Shown in pieces: positions 61,398-64,000 of a stretch of DNA of 64,000 bases. The position numbers were made by a program, and so were the translations under genes. The notes beneath the pieces are model-generated. The model worked only from the letters and a program-made list of their open reading frames with translations, was not told where the DNA came from and did no database searches. Position 1 is the stretch's first letter. Every line of letters begins with the position of its first letter. The stretch spans positions 445,076-509,075 of the forward strand of contig NW_013657679.1 of the NCBI RefSeq assembly GCF_000142905.1, given 5' to 3'. The DNA is from Thecamonas trahens ATCC 50062 (taxonomy: Eukaryota; Protista; Apusomonadida).

Positions 61398-62084
61398 ATG
61401 CTCGCTCGCGCAAAGGCCAAGGCTTCCGCTGCAGGTGACAAGGCCCGAACTGGCAAGGACAAGGGGATTGCCAAGCTGTTGACCACCATCAACAAGCTCC
61501 GGCCCATCCTGCGGAGGTAGGCTACCCTAGGGGGGTGCGGGGGGTGCGCGGGGGTGGCCGAAAGGAAGAAAGAGGGCGAACGGAACACGGAACACACTCC
61601 AGACAGGCGATGGGGCGAGGGGAATGGGCGGGGGGTGGGGCGGGGTTGGGACACAGCGACTAACGAAGGAGAGATGGGGGTGGGGGATATGGGGGATGGC
61701 GGGATTTGGGCATGGGCATGGGCGTGGGTGTGGGCGTTGGGCAGCGGAGGGTACGCCATCGAGGCCGTCCATCTCTCGACGGGTCTGCCGCCGCAGGCCT
61801 CGCTCAAGCTGCGCAACGTGGCCGAGGTTGACATGGCGGCGCTGGAGGAGCTGGAGAACAGGCAGGAGCCGCCGCTGACCAAGACCCAGAAGGCGATCGT
61901 CAAGATGCTGCAAAAGGTGGAGCGCCTCGAGTCGACGTGCAACGAGAAGGGCTACGACGTGGGTCGCATCGATCTGACCACCGGGCTCATTCCGGAGCTC
62001 ACCCTCCGTCTCCTCCCGCAGGATCCGTCGCCCGAGGGCGATGAGGCTGCCGCCGCCCAGGACGGCGAGACCATCGACGAGTAA
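61398..62084 (+). CDS. Hypothetical protein with internal duplication; 2+ exons
   Basis: Exons 61398-61516 and 61745-62084 joined by a GTAGGC...GCAG intron. Contains GYAIEAVHLSTGLPPQASLKL and GYDVGRIDLTTGLIPELTLRL. An upstream exon is possible. Confidence 0.7.
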
Positions 62085-62213
62085 GCTGGCGCACATTGAA
62101 CTCTCTATCCAGCGCTCTTTACTCGGCTCTCGGGTGTAGAGGGAGGGGCACGAAACAGATCGCCGCCCCCGGTGAGGCTCCGGACCGCACGAGCCGGCAC
62201 CAGCCTTCCGCCA

Positions 62214-62810
62214 TCACAGATACGTGCCCTCGCGCGACTTGATCCCGCTCATCTGCTCCTTGAACGTCTCCTCCAGAACGGCCACACTCTGGACCAGGTC
62301 CGAGAGCGCCTGCTGAAGAGCCGCCGACGGGGTCGACTCGGGCACCGTCTGGATCCGCAGCAGGAGGTAGTTCTCCAGCGGGTGCGGGATCTTGTAGCCG
62401 GCAAAGAGCACCTTGTCGTTCTCGAGCAGATTCATCCGGAGCAAGTTGCCCAGCGTGTGGTCCTCACATTGGATAGTGAACGTCGCCGCATTCGGCACCT
62501 TGGTGTCCTTCTCCAGCGACAACCTGTCACCGCCAGCCCGTCGCCGCCCCCCTGTGAGCCCCTCCCTGCCGCCTCTCTGCCGCCGGCTGTCCCTCCGCCC
62601 CGGGGCGGGCGAGCCATCACCGCACCCGCGCCCTGTCACCACCACACACACACCCTCTCGCTATCACGCGCAAGGCTACTCCTGGTACATGCTCTCTCCT
62701 CTGGCCATGCTCCCCCTTGCCGTGCCCATGGCCCTTCCTTGCCGCCCTGCTGCGTACTTTTCCACGCCCTCGGGGAGCACAAACAGCTCGTAGCGCTCAG
62801 GCTCGTTCAT
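62214..62810 (-). CDS. POLR2J: RNA polymerase II subunit RPB11, 2 exons
   Basis: Exons 62810-62758 and 62523-62214 with a GTACGC...CAG intron give [47 protein letters not shown]...FAGYKIPHPLE. Confidence 0.95.
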
Positions 62811-62879
62811 GGCGACTCGGGCAGTCAAGTGGTGGCGGCTGGACTCGGCTGCCCGGCGCAAACAGCGACTGCTGGCTAT

Positions 62880-63893
62880 TTAATGGTCCGGGATGGGGTC
62901 GTCGGCAAGCGGGCGGGTGGTGATCTGCGGGCCGTCGAACCAGCCGCTGCAGAGATCAGCAGGGCTGCCGGCAGAGGTGCCGTGGCCGAGTTGGGCGAGG
63001 GCGGCAAAGTGGTCGTCGGCCTGATAGTCATCCGAGGCAAAGGCGGCGCAGCAGGTGGCGTGGTAGAGCGCGTCGGCGGCGTCGAGGGCGGCGCGGTCGG
63101 AAGCCTCGGCCAGGTCAATCAGTCTGGCTTGGAGAGGCGGAGAGTCACGGTCGCGGTCCTGGCTGCGCTCGCGGCTACGGACGCGGGCGGCGGCGACAGC
63201 GGCGACAGCCGCATCGAACGTACGGCGAGTCTTGACTACCGCAGTATCGAGGTCGACGGCGGCGGCGTCAAAGGACGCAAGCCGACAGGCAGATACACCA
63301 CGAACGAGCAGAATGCGAAAGTCGCGCGAGCCGGCGTCGGCAGCGTCGTCGGCGGCATCGCTCGCCTTGGCGTACTTGCCCTCGCGAAAGGCAAGGAGCG
63401 CAAGACCGAGGTGGGCGCGGGCGGCGAGCGCCGGCGGGGCAATAGCTTTGGAAGCCGACGCCGAGGCGTAGAGGATAACGCGGCGGAAGCAAGCACGGGC
63501 AAGAAGCAGATCGCCAACCTCGCCGCTATCCTCGCCGGCAGCCAGCAGCTGCTCGCCGCTCTCCAGAAGCGCGCGGGGCGTCCGGGCCCCAGCCACCGGG
63601 CACGAGATCCTGCCGAGAGTGTCCAGCGTCTCAGCCGCCAGCTGCTCACCATCGTCAAGGACAGAGGCAGCGTACTTGAGCCCAGCCTCGACGGTGCCGT
63701 AGCGGGCGGCATCGGCAGCGTAGGCCGCGTCGAGCGCAGCTTCGCGCGCAGCCTCCATCTCCCACACCGCGCGCTCCTTCCGCCTCAGCAGCTCGGCCTC
63801 GCGCGCCACGATACGAAACGGCCGTGCCCGCGTCCCGCCCATTCCGGCCCGCCATGCCTCGTAGTCGCGGAACGAGACTCGCGATCGCGCCGT
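62880..63893 (-). CDS. TPR-like helical protein, 5' end uncertain (probably spliced from beyond the window)
   Basis: ARAHLGLALLAFREGKY and ILLVRGVSACRL TPR-like helices. The frame stays open upstream of ATG 63842 to a CAG near 63894. Confidence 0.6.
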   Translation of the reverse strand, partial: TARSRVSFRDYEAWRAGMGGTRARPFRIVAREAELLRRKERAVWEMEAAREAALDAAYAADAARYGTVEAGLKYAASVLDDGEQLAAETLDTLGRISCPVAGARTPRALLESGEQLLAAGEDSGEVGDLLLARACFRRVILYASASASKAIAPPALAARAHLGLALLAFREGKYAKASDAADDAADAGSRDFRILLVRGVSACRLASFDAAAVDLDTAVVKTRRTFDAAVAAVAAARVRSRERSQDRDRDSPPLQARLIDLAEASDRAALDAADALYHATCCAAFASDDYQADDHFAALAQLGHGTSAGSPADLCSGWFDGPQITTRPLADDPIPDH

Positions 63894-64000
63894 CTGACCG
63901 ATGTCTGTCTATCGTTCGTCTATCTGTCGTCTCCGTCAACGGCCGCCGTCGGCGGCCGAAGCCGGTCCGCCCGGCCGCCACCGGCCGCGCCCGGGACAGT

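Overview
Gene-dense, GC-rich eukaryotic genomic DNA with five N gaps plus many poly-C/G tracts. It holds about 35 protein-coding genes, mostly intronless or with 1-2 GT-AG introns, and very short intergenic spacers. I found no rRNA, tRNA, CRISPR array or recognisable transposon. IFT74 (flagellum), animal/fungal-type GGPS1, MVK, CHK2 and MIC19, and the compact intron-poor layout suggest a flagellated heterotrophic protist, possibly an apusomonad such as Thecamonas (inference only). Recognisable genes are a Calx-beta repeat protein, IFT74, S10, M28B and S28 carboxypeptidases, a TUG-like PUB/UBX protein, 6PGL, DNAJB, CHK2, GGPS1, MIC19, a JmjC hydroxylase, MVK, TOP3B, prolyl 4-hydroxylase, BTB-BACK-WD40, a giant myosin, SERF, PIP5K, a TUTase/ncPAP, a RING-H2 ligase, a bacterial-type ABC half transporter and RPB11. 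The main highlight is a probable ~2,900-aa myosin with an acidic LF-motif/NPF N-terminus, a Costars-like domain, a WW domain, and a tail of eight 147-aa WSxW repeats. Other highlights: TCACGTG (CLEAR-like) E-boxes upstream of endolysosomal genes, a perfect heat-shock element before DNAJB, a type-I-topology GCPII, a TUTase with an altered nucleotide-recognition loop, and a relic inverted copy of Calx-beta coding sequence. Three genes carry -1 homopolymer frameshifts that are most likely assembly errors.
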